Below, one piece after another: positions 63,816 through 64,000 of a stretch of 64,000 bases of DNA. The notes under the pieces are model-generated. The model did not search any database and had not been told where the DNA came from. It saw only the letters and a list, made by a program, of their open reading frames with translations. The translations under genes and the position numbers were made by a program. Numbering within the stretch: the stretch's first letter is position 1; the number at the start of each line of letters is the position of its first letter. Where the stretch lies: the NCBI RefSeq assembly GCF_037042905.1, contig NC_087252.1:20710001-20774000 (forward strand), written 5' to 3'. The stretch comes from Lytechinus pictus (taxonomy: Eukaryota).

Positions 63816-64000
63816 TTTCTATTTTTAGTCAAATAGTAGGGGAATAGATTGCATGACTCCTTTTTCCCCCACCATGATTCAATCGGCTTTTATTATCCAT
63901 GCCTGTATCTCGCCGCCTGCAGAATTGACAAGTCAGTCTACAATTGTTTAGGTCCTGTGTCTATACCATGTATTATGATATTGTCGCGGTTTCGATCATA

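Overview
AT-rich, repeat-dense eukaryotic DNA with spliced genes. The SINE/MITE repertoire suggests a sea urchin (inference, not proven). I assembled two + strand genes by hand from splice signals and intron phases. (1) A complete 20-exon gene (ATG 19097 to TAG 43363; 2358 nt, 785 aa) encodes about 14 WD40 repeats, probably a double beta-propeller, and has an RFX X-box-like motif just upstream. (2) The first six exons (52643-62942, continuing off the window) of a secreted or cell-surface protein: signal peptide, Cys-containing segment, Ig domain, FN3 domain, a 21-nt microexon and a further Cys-containing segment. It has a GC-AG intron and a duplicated upstream region. The most striking non-genic structure is a 7.8-kb giant foldback element (7991-15805) with TAG...CTA ends and a TAC duplication, whose arms stay inverted-homologous almost to the centre. 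Nested in it is a composite hAT-type element carrying a Penelope-like fragment with a minimal hammerhead ribozyme motif; a second copy of that composite lies at 1-2753. Also present are many MITEs, a Tc1/mariner-type element, tRNA-derived SINEs (one with a chimeric double head), LINE 3' ends, (GAT)n microsatellites and a 33-bp minisatellite. Most ORFs in the supplied track are spurious. I found no prokaryote-type system.
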